Below, one piece after another: positions 1 to 11,753 of a DNA stretch of 19,844 nucleotides; position 1 is the stretch's first letter, and every line of letters begins with the position of its first letter. Made by a program: the position numbers and the translations under genes. The stretch covers positions 1 through 19,844 of the forward strand of contig NW_021823825.1 of NCBI RefSeq assembly GCF_006345805.1, in the 5' to 3' direction. Origin of the DNA: Octopus sinensis (lineage: Eukaryota). The notes beneath the pieces were generated by a model. It ran no database searches. It saw nothing but the letters and a program-made list of their open reading frames with translations, and was not told where the DNA came from.

Positions 1-10
1 AACTGCAAAA

Positions 11-170
11 TGATAACCGGTGTTGGTGTATTTGCATCCCTGTTACTTAGCCCTGAAGCAAAAGAGAGCTATAGGTTGGTGCAAATTAGACAGAAAAGCT
101 ATCATACATAAAAGAAAAATTTGAGGAGGAGCGCCAGCATGGCCGCAGTCTGAAGTAAGTAGAAGAGAGA
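11..170 (+). mobile_element. Degenerate 3' half of a SINE related to the two copies at 14892 and 15374
   Basis: GATAACCGGTGTTGGTGTATTTGCATCCCTGTTACTTAGC aligns by eye with GACAACCGATGCTGGGTGTTTACGTCCCCGTAAACTAGC of the 15374 copy. CCAGCATGGCCGCAGTC matches CCAGCATGGCCACAGTC near the 3' end of the 14892 copy. An A/G-rich tail follows. Confidence 0.7.
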
Positions 171-329
171 AAGAAAAAGAAAGAGAAAAAAGAAGAGAGG
201 AAGAGAACTATAAAGAAGACAAAACGAGAAACAAAACAGAGAAAGAGAGAGAGAAAAGGAGAGAAAAGATAAAGAGAAGGAGATTGAAAAAAGAAAACGA
301 GAGAGAAAATAAAGGGAGAGAGAAAAAAA

Positions 330-3300
330 ACGAAAGAAAGAAAGAGAGAAATGAAAGAGTGAGGGAGAGGAACAAGGATAAAAAGAAAACGAGAGGGAGA
401 AAGAAGGAGAGAAAGGCGAGAGAGCGAGAAAAGAAAGAGAGAGAAAAAGAAACGAGAGGAAGAATGAGAGAAATGAAAGAGTGAGAGAGAGGAACAAGGA
501 TAAAAAGAAAACGAGAGGGAGAAAGAAGGAGAAAAAAACGAGAGAGCAAGAAAAGAAAGAAAGAGAAAAAGAAACGAGAGGAAGAAAGAGAGAAATGAAA
601 GAGTGAGAGAGAGGAAGAAGAATAAAAAGAAAACGAGAGGGAGAAAGAAGGAGAAAAAAGCGAGAGAGCGAGAAAAGAAAGAGAGAGAGAAAGAGAGAAA
701 TGAAAGAGTGAGAGAGAGGAAGAAGGATAAAAAGAAAGAGAGGGAGAAAGAAAGCGAAAAAAGTGAGAGAGCGAGGAAAGAAAGAGAGAGAAAAAGAAAC
801 GAGAGGAAGAAAGAGAGAAATAAAAGAGTGAGAGAGAGGAAGGGGGATGAAAAGAAAAAGAGAGGGAGAAAGAATGCGAAAAAAGTGAGAGAGTGAGGAA
901 AGAGAGAGTGAGAGAGAGGAAGAAGGACAAAAAGAAAACGAGAGGGAGAAAGAAGGAGAAAAAAGCAAGTGAGCGAGAAAGAAATGAGAGAGAAAAAGAA
1001 ACGAGAGGAAGAAAGAGAGAAATGAAAGAGTGAGAGAGAGGAAGAAGGATAAAAAGAAAACGAGAGGGAGAAAGAAAAAGAAAAAGTCAGAGAGCGAGAA
1101 AAGAAAGAGTGAGAGAGAGGAAGAAGGACAAAAAGAAAACGAGAGGGAGAAAGAAGGAGAAAAAAGCGAGAGAACGAGAAAGGAATGAGAGAGAGAAAAA
1201 ACGAGAGAACAAAGAGAGAAATGAAAGAGTGAGAGAGAGGAAGAACAATAAAAAGAAAACGAGAGGGAGAAAGAAGGAGAAAAAAGCTAGAAAAGAAAGA
1301 GAGAAAATGAAACGAGAGGAAGAAAGAGAGAAATGAAAGAGTGAAAGAGACGAAGAATAATAAAAAGAAAACGAGAGGGAGAAAGAAGGAGAAAAAAGCA
1401 AGTGAGCGAGAAAGAGTTGCGAGAGAAAAAGAAACGAGAGGAAGAAAGAGAGAAATGAAAGAGTCAGAGAGAGGAAGAAGGATAAAAAGAAAACGAGAGG
1501 GAGAAAGAAGGAGAATAAAGTGAGAGAGCGAGAAAAGAAAGAGAGAGAAAAAGAAACGAGAGGAAGAAAAAGAGAAATGAAAGAGTGAGAGAGAGGAAGA
1601 AGGATAAAAAGAAAACAAGAGGGAGAAAGAAGAAAAAAAGCGAGAGAGCGAGTAAAGAAAGAGAGGAAGAAAAAGAGAAATGAAAGAGTGAGAAAGAGGA
1701 AGAAGGATAAAAAGAAAACGAGATGGAGAAAGAAGGAGAAAAAAGCGAGAGAGCGAGAAAAGAAAGAAAGAGGGGAGGAAAAGAGAGGAAGAAAGAAAGA
1801 AATGAAAGAGTGAGAGAGAGGAAGAAGGATGGAAAGAAAACGAGAGGGAGAAAGAAGGAGAAAAAAGCGAGAGAGTGAGAAAAGAAAGAGAGAGAAAAAG
1901 AAACGAGAGGACGAATGAGAGAAACGAAAGAGTGAGAGAGAGGAAGAAGGATAAAAAGAAACCGAGAGGGAGAAAGAAGGAGAAAAAAGCGAGAGAGTCA
2001 GAAAAGAAAGAGAGAAATGAAAGAGTGAGAGAGAGGAAGTTGGATAAAAAGAAAACGAGAGGGAGAAAGAAGGAGAGAAAGGCGAGAGAGCGTGAAAAGA
2101 AACAGAAAGAAGCGAGAGAACGAGAAAAGTAAGAGAAAGAAAAAGAAACGAGAGGAAGAATGAGAGAAATAAAAGAGTGAGAGAGAGGAAGAAGGATAAA
2201 ATGAAGACGAGAGGGAGGCAGAAGGAGAAAAAAGTGAGAGAGCAAGAAAAGAAAGAGAGAGAAAAAGAAAGAGAGAAATGAAAGAGTGAGAGAGAGGAAG
2301 AAGAATAAAAAGAAAACGAGAGGGAGAAAGAAGGAGAAAAAAGCGAGAGAGCGAGAAATAAAAGAGAGAGAGAAAGAGAGAAATGAAAGAGTGAGAGAGA
2401 GGAAAGAAGGATAAAAAGAAAACGAGAGGGAGAAAGAAGGAGAAAAAAGTGAGAGAGCGAGGAAAGAAAGAGAGAGAAAAAGAAACGAAAGGAAGAAAGA
2501 GAGAAATGAAAGAGTGAGAGAGAGGAACAAGGATAAAAAGAAAACGAGAGTGAGAAAGAAAGAGAAAGAAGCGAGAGAACGAGAAAAGTAAGAGAAACAA
2601 AAAGAAACGAGAGGAAGAATGAGAGAAATAAAAGAGTGAGAGAGAGGAAGAAGGATAAAAAGAAGACGAGAGGGAGGGAGAAGGAGAAAAAAGTGAGAGA
2701 GCAAGAAAAAAAGAGAGAAAAAAAGAAACGAGAGGAAGAAAGAGAGAAATGAAAGAGTGACAGAGAGGAAGAAGGATAAAAAGAAAAAGAGAGGGAGAAA
2801 GAATGCGAAAAAAGTGAGAGAGTGAGGAAAGAGAGGGAGAGAAAAAGAAACGAGAGGACGAATGAGAGAAATGAAAGAGTGACAGAGAGGAAGAAGCATA
2901 AAAAGAAAACGAGAGGGAGAAAGAAGGATAAAAAAGTGAGAGAGAGAGTAAAGAAAGAGATGAAGAAAGAGAGAAATGAAAGAGTGAGAAATGTAAGAAA
3001 TTAAAGAGTGAGAGAGAGGAAGAAGGATAAAAGGAAAACAAGAGGGAGAAAGAAAAAGAAAAAGTCAGAGAGCGAGAAAAGAAAGAGTGAGAGAGAGGAA
3101 GAAGGACAAAAAGAAAACGAGAGGGAGAAAGAAGGAGAAAAGAGCGCGAGAGCGAGAAAAGAAAGAGAGAAAATGAAACGAGAGGAAGAAAGAGAGAAAT
3201 GAAAGAGTGAAAGAGACGAAGAATAATAAAAAGAAAACGAGAGGGAGAAAGAAGGAGAAAAAAGCAAGTGAGCGAGAAAGAAATGAGAGAGAAAACGAGA

Positions 3301-6300
3301 GGGAGAAAGAGCGAGAGAAATGAAAGAGAGAGAGAGAGGAAGAAGGATAAAAAGAAAACGAGAGGAAGAAAGAAAAAGAAAAAGTCAGAGAGCGAGAATA
3401 GAAGGAGAAAAAAGCGAGAAAAGAAAGAGAGAAAATGAAATGAGAGGAAGAAAGAAAGAAATGAAAGAGTGAAAGAGACGAAGAATAATAAAAAGAAAAC
3501 GAGAGGGGGAAAGAAGGAGAAAAAAGCAAGTGAGCAAGAAAGAAATGAGAGAGAAAAAGAAACGAGAGGAAGAATGAGAGAAATGAAAGAGTCAGAGAGA
3601 GGAAGAAGGATAGAAAGAAAACGAGAGGGAGAAAGAAGGAGAATAAAGCGAGAGAGCGAGAAAAGAATGAGAGAGAAAAAGAAACGAGAGGAAGAAAGAG
3701 AGAAATGAAAGAGTGAGAGAGAGGAAGAAGGATAAAAAAAAACCAGAGGGAGGGAGAAGGAGAAAAAAGCAAGAGAGCGAAAAAGGAAAGAGAAAGAGAA
3801 ATAGAAACGAGAGAAAGAATGAGAGAATTGAAAGAGTGAGAGAGAGGAAGAAGGATAAAAAGAAAACGAGAGGGAGAAAGAAGGAGAAAAAAGCGAGAGA
3901 GCGAGTAAAGAAAGAGAGGAAGAAAGAGGAAGAAGGATAAAAAGAAAACGAGAGGGAGAAAGAAGGAGAAAAAAGCGAGAGAGCGAGAAAAGAAAGAGAG
4001 GAAGAAAGAGAGAAAGGAAAGAGTGAGATAGAGGAAGAAGGACAAAAGAAAACGAGAGGGAGAAAGAAGGAGAATAAAGCAATTGAGCTAGAAAAGAAAG
4101 AGAGAGAGAAAGAAACGAGAGGAAGAAAGAGAGAAATGAAAATGTGAGAGAGAGGAAGAAGGATAAAAAGAAAACGAGACGGAGAAAGAAAGAGAAAAAA
4201 GCGAGAGAGCGAGAAAAGAAAGAAAGAGGGAAGAAAAGGAGGCGAAAGAGAAAGAAAGAAAGAAAGAGTGAGAGAGAGGGAAGAAGGATAAAAAGAAAAC
4301 GAGAGGAGAAAAAGAAAGAAGGAGAGAGGGAAAAAAAGCGAGAGAGAGCGAGAAAAGAAAGGAAAAGAGGAAGGAAAAGAGAGGAAGAAAGAAAGAAAGG
4401 AAAAGAGGGAGAGAGAGGAAGAAGGATGGAAAGAAAACCAGAGGGGGAAAGAAGGAGAAAAAAGCGAGAGAGTGAGAAAAGAAAGAGAGTGAAAAAGAAA
4501 CGAGAGGAAGAAAGAATGAGAGAGAGGAAGAAGGATAAAACGAAACCGAGCGGGAGAAAGAAGGAGAAAAAACGAGAGAGCAATAAAAAGAAAGAGTGGG
4601 TGAAAAAGAAACGTGGGTAAGAAAGAAAGAAATGAAAGAATGAGAGAGAGGAAGAAGGATGAAAAGAAACCGAGAGGGAGAAAGAAGGAGAAAAACGCGA
4701 GAGAGCGAGAAAAGAAAGAGAGAGTAGAAAAAAGGAGAGAAAAAAGAGAGAAAAGAAAGAGTGAGAGAAAGGAAGAAAGATAAAAAGAAAAGGAGAGGGA
4801 GAAAGAAGGAGAAAAAAGCGAGAGAAGCGAGAAAAGAAAGAGAGAGAAAAAGAAACGAGAGGAAGAAAGAGAGAAATGAAAGAGTGAGAAAGAGGAAGAA
4901 GGATAAAAAGAAAACGAGACGGAGAAAGAAGGAGAAAAAATCGAGAGAGCAAGAAAAGAAAGAGAGAGAAAAAAAACGAGAGGAAGAAAGAGAGAAATGA
5001 AAGAGTGAGAGAGAGGAAGAAGGAAAAAAAGAAAACGAGAGGGAGAAAGAAGGAGAAAAAAGCGAGAAAAGAAAGAGAGAGAAAAAGAAACGAGAGGAAG
5101 AAAAAGAGAAATGAAAGAATGAGAGAGAGGAAGAAGGATAAAAAGAAAACGAGACGGAGAAAGGAGGAAAAAGCGAAAGAGCGAGAAAAGAGGGAAGGAA
5201 AAGAGAGGAAGAAAGAAAGAAATAAAAGAGTGAGAGAGAGAGGAAGAAGAATGGAAAGAAACCAAGAGGGAGAAAGAAGGAGAAAAAAGCAAGAGAGTGA
5301 GAAAAGAAAGAGAGAGGAAAAGAAATGAGAGCAAGAAAGAGACAAATGAAAGAGAGAGGAAGAAGGATAAAAAGAAAACAAGAGGGAGAGAGAAGGAGAA
5401 AAAAGCAAGAGGGCGATAAAGGAAAGAGAACGAGAAATAGAAACGAGGGGAAGAATGAGAGAAATGAAAGAGTGAGAGAGAGGAAGAAGGATAAAAAGAA
5501 GACGAGAGGGAGGGAGAAGGGGAAAATAGTGAGAGAGCAAGAAAAGAAAGAGAGAGGAAAAGAAATGAGAGCAAGAAAGAGAGAAATGAAAGAGTAAGAG
5601 AGAGGAAGAAGGATAAAAAGAAACCAAGAGGGAGAGAGAAGGAGAAAATAGTGAGAGAGTAAGAAAAGAAAGAGAGAGGAAACGAAATGAGAGCAAGGAA
5701 GAGAGAAATGAGATAGTGAGAGAGAGGAAGAAGGATAAAAAGAAAACAAGAGGGAGAGAGAAGGAGAAAAAAGCAAGAGGGCGATAAAGGAAAGAGAAAG
5801 AGAAATAGAAACGAGTGGAAGAATGAGAGAAATGAAAGAGTGAGAGAGATGAAGAAGGATAAAAAGAAGACGAGAGGGAGGGGGAAGGAGAAAAAAGTGA
5901 GAGAGTGAGAAAAGAAAGAGAGAGAAAAAGAAACGAGAGGAAGAAAGAGAGAAATGAAAGATTGAGAGAGAGGAAGAAGGATAAAAAGAAAACGAGAGGG
6001 AGAAAGAAGGAGAAAATAGTGAGAGAGCAAGAAAAGAAAGAGAGAGGAAAAGAAATGAGAGCAAGAAAGAGGGAAATGAAAGAGTAAGAGAGAGGAAGAA
6101 GGATAAAAAGAAAACAAGAGGGAGAGAGAAGGAGAAAAAAGTGAGAGAGTAAGAAAAGAAAGAGAGAGGAAACGAAATGAGAGCAAGGAAGAGAGAAATG
6201 AGACAGTGAGAGAGAGGAAGAAGGAAAAAAAGAAAACAAGAGGGAGAGAGAAGGAGAAAAAACCAAAAAGGGCGATAAAGGAAAGAGAAAGAGAAATAGA

Positions 6301-8100
6301 AACGAGGGGAAGAATGAGAGAAATGAAAGAGTGAGAGAGAGGAAGAAGGATAAAAAGAAGACGAGAGGGAGGGAGAAGGAGAAAAACGTGAGAGAGCAAG
6401 AAAAGAAGGAGAGAGAAAAAGAAACAAAAGGAAGAAAGAGAGAAATGAAAGAGTGAGAGAGAGGAAGAAGGATAAAAAGAAACCGAGAGGGAGAAAGAAG
6501 GAGAAAAAAACAGGAGAGCAAGAAAAGAAAGAGAGAGAGAAAAAACGAGAGAAAAAGAAATGAGAGGATGAAAGAGAGAAATGAAAGAATGAGAGAGAGG
6601 AAGAAGGATGAAAAGAAATTGAGAGGGAGAAAGAAGGATAAAAAAGCGAGAAAAGAGAGAAAAAAGAGCGAAAAGAAAGAGTGAGAGAATGGAAGAAAAA
6701 TAAAAAGAAAAGGAGAGAGAGAAAGACGGAGAAAAAAGCGAGAGAGAGCGAGAAAGAAAGAGAGAGAGAAATGAAAGAGTGAGAGAGAGGAAGAAGAATG
6801 GAAAGAAACCAAGAGGGAGAAAGAAGGAGAAAAAAGCGAGAGAGTGAGAAAAGAAAGAGAGAGAATAAGAAACGAGAGGAAGAAAGAGAGAAATGAAAGA
6901 GTGAGAGAGAGGAAGAAGGATAAAAAGAAAACGAGAGGGAGAAAGAAGGAGAAAAAAGCGAACGAGCGAGAAAAGAAAGAGAGAGAAGCAGAAAGAGAGA
7001 AATGAAAGAGTGACAGACAGGAAGAATGATAAAACGAAAACGAGAGGGAGAAAGAAGGAGAAAAAAGCGAACGAGCGAGAAAAGAAAGAGAGAGAAGCAG
7101 AAAGAGAGAAATGAAAGAGTGACAGACAGGAAGAAGGATAAAAAGAAAACGAGAGGGAGAAAGAAGGAGAAAAAAGCGAGAAAAGAAAGAGAGAGAGAGA
7201 AAGAAACGAGAGTAAGAAAGAGAGAAATGAAAGAGTGAGAGGAAGAAGAAGGATCAAAAGGAAATAAGAGGGAGAAGAAGGAGAAAAAAGCGAGAGAGAG
7301 AGAAAGAAAGAGAGAGAAAAAGAAACGAGAGGAAGAAAGAGAGAAATGAAAGATTGAGAGAGAGGAAGAGGATAAAAAGAAAACAAGAGGGAGAAAGAAG
7401 GAGAAAAAAGTGAGAGAGCGAGAAAGGAATGAGAGAGGGAGAAAGAAGCGAGAGGAAGAAAGAGAGAAATGAAAGAGTGAGAGAGAGGAAGAAGAATAAA
7501 AAGAAAACGAGAGGGAGAAAGAAGGAGAGAAAAGCGAATGAGCGAGAAAAGAAAGAGAGAGAGAAAGAAACGAGAGAAAGAAGAGAGAATTGAAAGAGCG
7601 AGAGAGAGGACAAAGGATTGAAAGTAAATGAGAGGAAAAAAGAGAGAAATGAAAGAGTGAGGGAGAGGAAGAAGGATAAATAGTAAACGAGAGGGAGAAA
7701 GAAGGAGAGAACAGCGAACGAGCGAGAAAAGAAAGAGAGAGAGGAAGAAAGATAGAAATGAAATAAATGAGAGAGAGGAAGGAGAAAAAGAAAACGAGAG
7801 GGAGAAAGAAGGAGAAAGGATAGAGAGAGAAAAAGAAACGAGAGAAAGAAAGAGAGAAATGAAAGTGTGAGAGAGAGGAAGAAGGATGAAAAGAAGACGA
7901 GAGGGAGAAAGAAGGAGAACAAAGCGAGAGAGCGAGAAAAGAAAGAGAGAGAGAAAAAGAAATGAGAGGAAGAAAGAGAGAAATGAAAGAGTGAAAGAGA
8001 GGAAGAAGGATAAAAAGAAAACGAGAGGGAGAAAGAAGGAGAAAAAAGCGAGATAGCAAGGAAAGAAAGAGAGAGAGAAAAAGAAATGAGAGGAAGAAAG
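330..8100 (+). repeat. Degenerate ~122-bp purine minisatellite, very roughly 60-70 copies, with shorter deletion variants
   Basis: Recurrent unit AATGAAAGAGTGAGAGAGAGGAAGAAGGATAAAAAGAAAACGAGAGGGAGAAAGAAGGAGAAAAAAGCGAGAGAGCGAGAAAAGAAAGAGAGAGAAAAAGAAACGAGAGGAAGAAAGAGAGA. The landmark ATGAAAGAG sits at 351, 473 and 595 (spacing 122). Copy number is estimated from length, not counted. Confidence 0.9.
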
Positions 8101-9654
8101 AGCAGAAGAAAGGGAGTGAGAAAGAGAGAATGATAATGAGGAAATGAGAGAGTAAGAGAGAACAGACAAAGAAAACGAGCGAAAGAGAGAAAGAAAAGAA
8201 TAGAGAGAGATAGAGATAGAGAAGGAAAAAAGAGGAGAAAGAGGGAAAAGGAAAAGATAAAGAGAGATAGGGAGAAGGAAAACCAGAAAATAAAAAGAGA
8301 GAGAAAAGAAGCAGAGAGGGAGTGAGCGAGAATAGAAAAACTGAAAGAGGGACAGGAAGAGAGAAAGATGGAAGATGAGAGAAGAAAAAGGTACTGAGAG
8401 AAATAAAGAGAGAAAATGGGAGAGAGAGAGAGAGGAAGAAAGAGGAAAAACAAACACTGAAAGAGAGAGAAATGAGAAAGAGAGGGATGAAAGAGACGTA
8501 AAAGGGATAAAGAGAATGAGAGAAAAGAAAGAGGGATAAAGAGAGAAAAGAAAGGGAGAAGGCCAGAGAGGAGAGAAAAGAAAAAAGTAAGTCCCTTAAA
8601 GGGAGAAAAGGAAAAGAGGGAAAGAAGAGGGAAAGGAAAGGACAAAGAGACTGAAAGAAAGAGAGGGAGAGGGAGGAAGAGAGAAAAGGAAATTGAGAGA
8701 GTGAGAGGAAGAGAGAAGAGAAAAATTGCCAGAGAAATGAGATAACAGAGAGAAAGAGGAAGAGAGGAAAGAAAGAGAGAAAGAGGTAAAAGAAAAGGGA
8801 GAGATAAAGAAGAGAGAATAGAAAAAGAGAGAAAAGTAAAGCAGGAGAGAAAGGTAAAAGAGTGGGGGAGAAGGAGAGAAGAGAAAAAGAGAGGGGGAGA
8901 AAGAAGGAGGGAAAAGGGGAAAAAGAAAGTGAGAGATAAGAATAGGAGAGAAGAAGAGAAAGAGAAAAAGAGACAGAGAGGGAAAGAGGGGAATATAGGA
9001 GAGAAAAGAGAGTGGGAAATAGAGAGAGAGGAAGAAATATACAAAAGAGAGGGAGAGAGGAAGTGATAAAAGAAAAGAGAGAGAGAAAAAAGTGGAAGGA
9101 AAAGAGAAGAGAAGAGAGTGAGAACAAAGAGTAGTAAGAGACATAGAGAGAGGAAGATAGAAAAAAAAAATTGAGTGAGGAGAGAAGAAGAAAGAGAGAG
9201 GAAAGGGAGAGAGAGAGAAAAGGAAAAGAGAAAGGAGATCAAAGAAAGAGAGACAAGTAAAAGAGAAAGAGGAAGAAGTAAGATAGAAAAGGCAAAGAGA
9301 AGCACAGAGAGAAAAAGAGAGAAAGAGATAAAAGTAAAAGAGAAAGAGAGATGAAAAAGAAAAAGGTTGGGTGAAAGAGAGAAAAGGATTAGTGAAGGAG
9401 ACAGAGAGAGAAAGAACGAAAAAAGGTAATAGAGAGAGAGATAAAGAAAGAGAAATGCAAAAAGAGAGAAAGAATGTAAGAAAGAATAGAAATAGAAAGA
9501 ATGAAAGAGAGAGAGATACGGAGAGAGAAAGAGAGAAATTGAAAAATAGAGAAAGAGAAAGATAAGAGAAAAAAGAAAAAGAGAAAGAGGAAGGAAATGG
9601 GAGAGAGAAAGAGAGAAAAAGAAAATGGGAAAAGAGAGAAAAGAAAGAGAGAGA

Positions 9655-10208
9655 GAGTAAAAGAGACACGGAGAGAGAAAGAGAAAGAAAGACAGAGAAG
9701 GAGAAGGGAAAGAGGGAGAAAGTGAGAAAAGAAAGAGAAGGAAAGAAATGAAAGAGGGAGATAGAGAGAGAAAGAAGTAGAGAAAGAGGAAAGAAAACGA
9801 GAAAGAGAATGAGAGACAAAGAGAGAAAAGAGAGAGAGAGTAAAAGAGATACGGAGAGAGGAGAAAGAAAGAGAGAGAGAAAAAGGGTAAAGAGAGAGAA
9901 AGTGAGAAAAGAAAGAGAAGGAATAGGAATGAAAGAGGGAGATAGAGAGAGAAAGAAGGAGAGAAAGAGGAAAGAAAACGAGAAAGAGAGTGAGAGACAA
10001 AGAGAGAAAAGAGAGATAGAGTAAAAGAGATAAGGAGAGAGGAGAAAGAAAGAGAGAGAGAAAAAGGGTAAAGAGAGAGCAAGTGAGAAAAGAAAGAGAA
10101 GGATAGGAATGAAAGAGGGAGATAGAGAGAGAAAGAAGGAGAGAAAGAGGAAAGAAAACGAGAAAGAGAGTGAGAGACAAAGAGAGAAAAGAGAGAGAGA
10201 GAGAGAGA
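9655..10208 (+). repeat. ~180-bp purine tandem repeat, about 3 copies
   Basis: AGTGAGAAAAGAAAGAGAAGG starts at 9721, 9901 and 10082 (spacing 180 and 181), followed by shared ACGAGAAAGAG..TGAGAGACAAAGAGAGAAAAGAG. Confidence 0.85.
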
Positions 10209-10254
10209 AAATGGAATTTCTCTATTTCACATGTCCTCACTTTCTTCATTACAG

Positions 10255-10406
10255 ATTAATGAACATTTTCGTGGACGAACTCCTTTAATCATTGCCTGTA
10301 GAGAGGGTGCCGATAGAAGAATCATCGAAATATTGCTAAAAGCTGGTCCGGAGTTAGGAGCGAAAGACTCAAATGGTTGGACAGCTTTGCATTGTGCTGT
10401 GTATGG
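10255..10406 (+). CDS. Internal coding exon A of an ankyrin-repeat protein (phase 0 to 2)
   Basis: Acceptor TTTCTTCATTACAG| and donor GG|GTAAGT. Translates INEHFRGRTPLIIACREGADRRIIEILLKAGPELGAKDSNGWTALHCAVY(G), with two ankyrin TPL/TALH motifs and no stops. Confidence 0.92.
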
Positions 10407-10605
10407 GTAAGTTGAGAATCAAGTAAAATCTGCAGATGTGTTTTTGGTTGTAAATTTGTTGCAATTGCAGACACAGGTTCAATATCCAAACAGGCCAGAG
10501 TTGTGGGACAACAGCACAACAGCAGACTAGCAAACAACAACAACAACAAGCTTCTCTTTAGTCATCGATCCAATTCATTAGTCATTATTCAATCATAACA
10601 ATCCC

Positions 10606-11543
10606 GATGATGATGATGATGATGACGGCGATGATGATGACGATGACGGTATTGATGATGTCGATCATCATGATGGTGTTGTTGATTATGATGATGATGA
10701 TGATGATGGAGGCGATGATGGTGATGCTGCTGCTGCTGATGATGATGATAATGATAATGATGATGATAACGACGATGATGATGATGACGATGATGATGAT
10801 GACTGTGATTATGCCGATGATGATGATTATAATTATAGTGGCGATGAATGATGATGATGACGACGATGATGATGATGATTATGATGATGACGATGATAAC
10901 CACGATGATGAAGCTGATGATGGTGATGGTGTTGATGATGATGATGATGATGATCATCATGATGAAGATCATGATGTTGATGATAACGACGATGATGAAG
11001 ATGACGATGGTGATGGTGATGATGATGATTATGATGATGATGACGATAATGATGATGATGACGACGATGATGAAGATGATGAAGATGTTGATAATAATGA
11101 TGATGGTGATGATGATGATGATGTGGATGATGATGATGGTGATGACGACAATGATTATTATGATGATTATCGTGATGATGACGACGATGATGATGATTAT
11201 GATGTAATTATTATGATGATAATGATGTTATTATTATGATGATGATGATGATGAGGTTGATCTTGCTGTTGATGATGATGATAGATGCGATGATGATGAT
11301 GATGATGACGATGATGATGACGATGATGATGATGGTGATGATGATGATGATGATGATAATGATGATGATGATGATATTAATGAGGTTGATCTTGCTGTTG
11401 ATGATGGTGTTGATGATGATGATGATGATTATGATTATAGTGGTAATGAATGATGATAATATTGATTATGATGATATTGGAGATGTCGAAGATGATAATG
11501 ATGATGATGGTGTTGGCAATGAGGGTGATGATGATGAAGGCTC

Positions 11544-11574
<31 letters not shown>

Positions 11575-11683
11575 GTCAATGATGGAGGTGGTGGCAATGA
11601 TGATGATGGTAATGATGTTGATGAGCATTATATTGATGATAATAGTGCAGGTGATAATGATGGTGATGATGATGACGATGATG
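10606..11683 (+). repeat. Degenerate (GAT)n trinucleotide field in the intron between exons A and B
   Basis: Near-continuous GAT with GAC/AAT/GGT/GTT/TAT variants and frame slips. Confidence 0.97.
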
Positions 11684-11753
11684 TTTCGTCTCAAAGCCAA
11701 AATATTTTCATATTTAATGTAAATTAGTCAATGTTTCTATCTTTTACTCTCAG

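Larger units (their letters stand above)
161..10210 (+). repeat. ~10 kb polypurine (A/G) low-complexity tract in an intron
   Basis: The + strand is almost only A and G, with sparse single C/T and no unique sequence. It ends abruptly at ~10210, just before an acceptor site. Confidence 0.97.

Noticed and set aside
330-8100. CRISPR-like regularly spaced repeats
   Set aside because: There are no unique spacers, the context is a eukaryotic intron and no cas genes are present.
284-10024. Short K/R/E-rich plus-strand ORFs
   Set aside because: Codons made only of A and G from the same repeat, with no splice or domain support.
86-10249. Very long minus-strand ORFs (up to 1679 aa) rich in F/L/S, superficially like membrane proteins
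   Set aside because: They are open in all three minus frames at once because a polypyrimidine strand rarely forms stop codons. They are a translation of the minisatellite with no domain signal.
10589-11727. Poly-Asp, poly-Met, poly-His and poly-Ile ORFs
   Set aside because: Frame translations of (GAT)n inside an intron defined by well-phased flanking exons; frequent frame slips.
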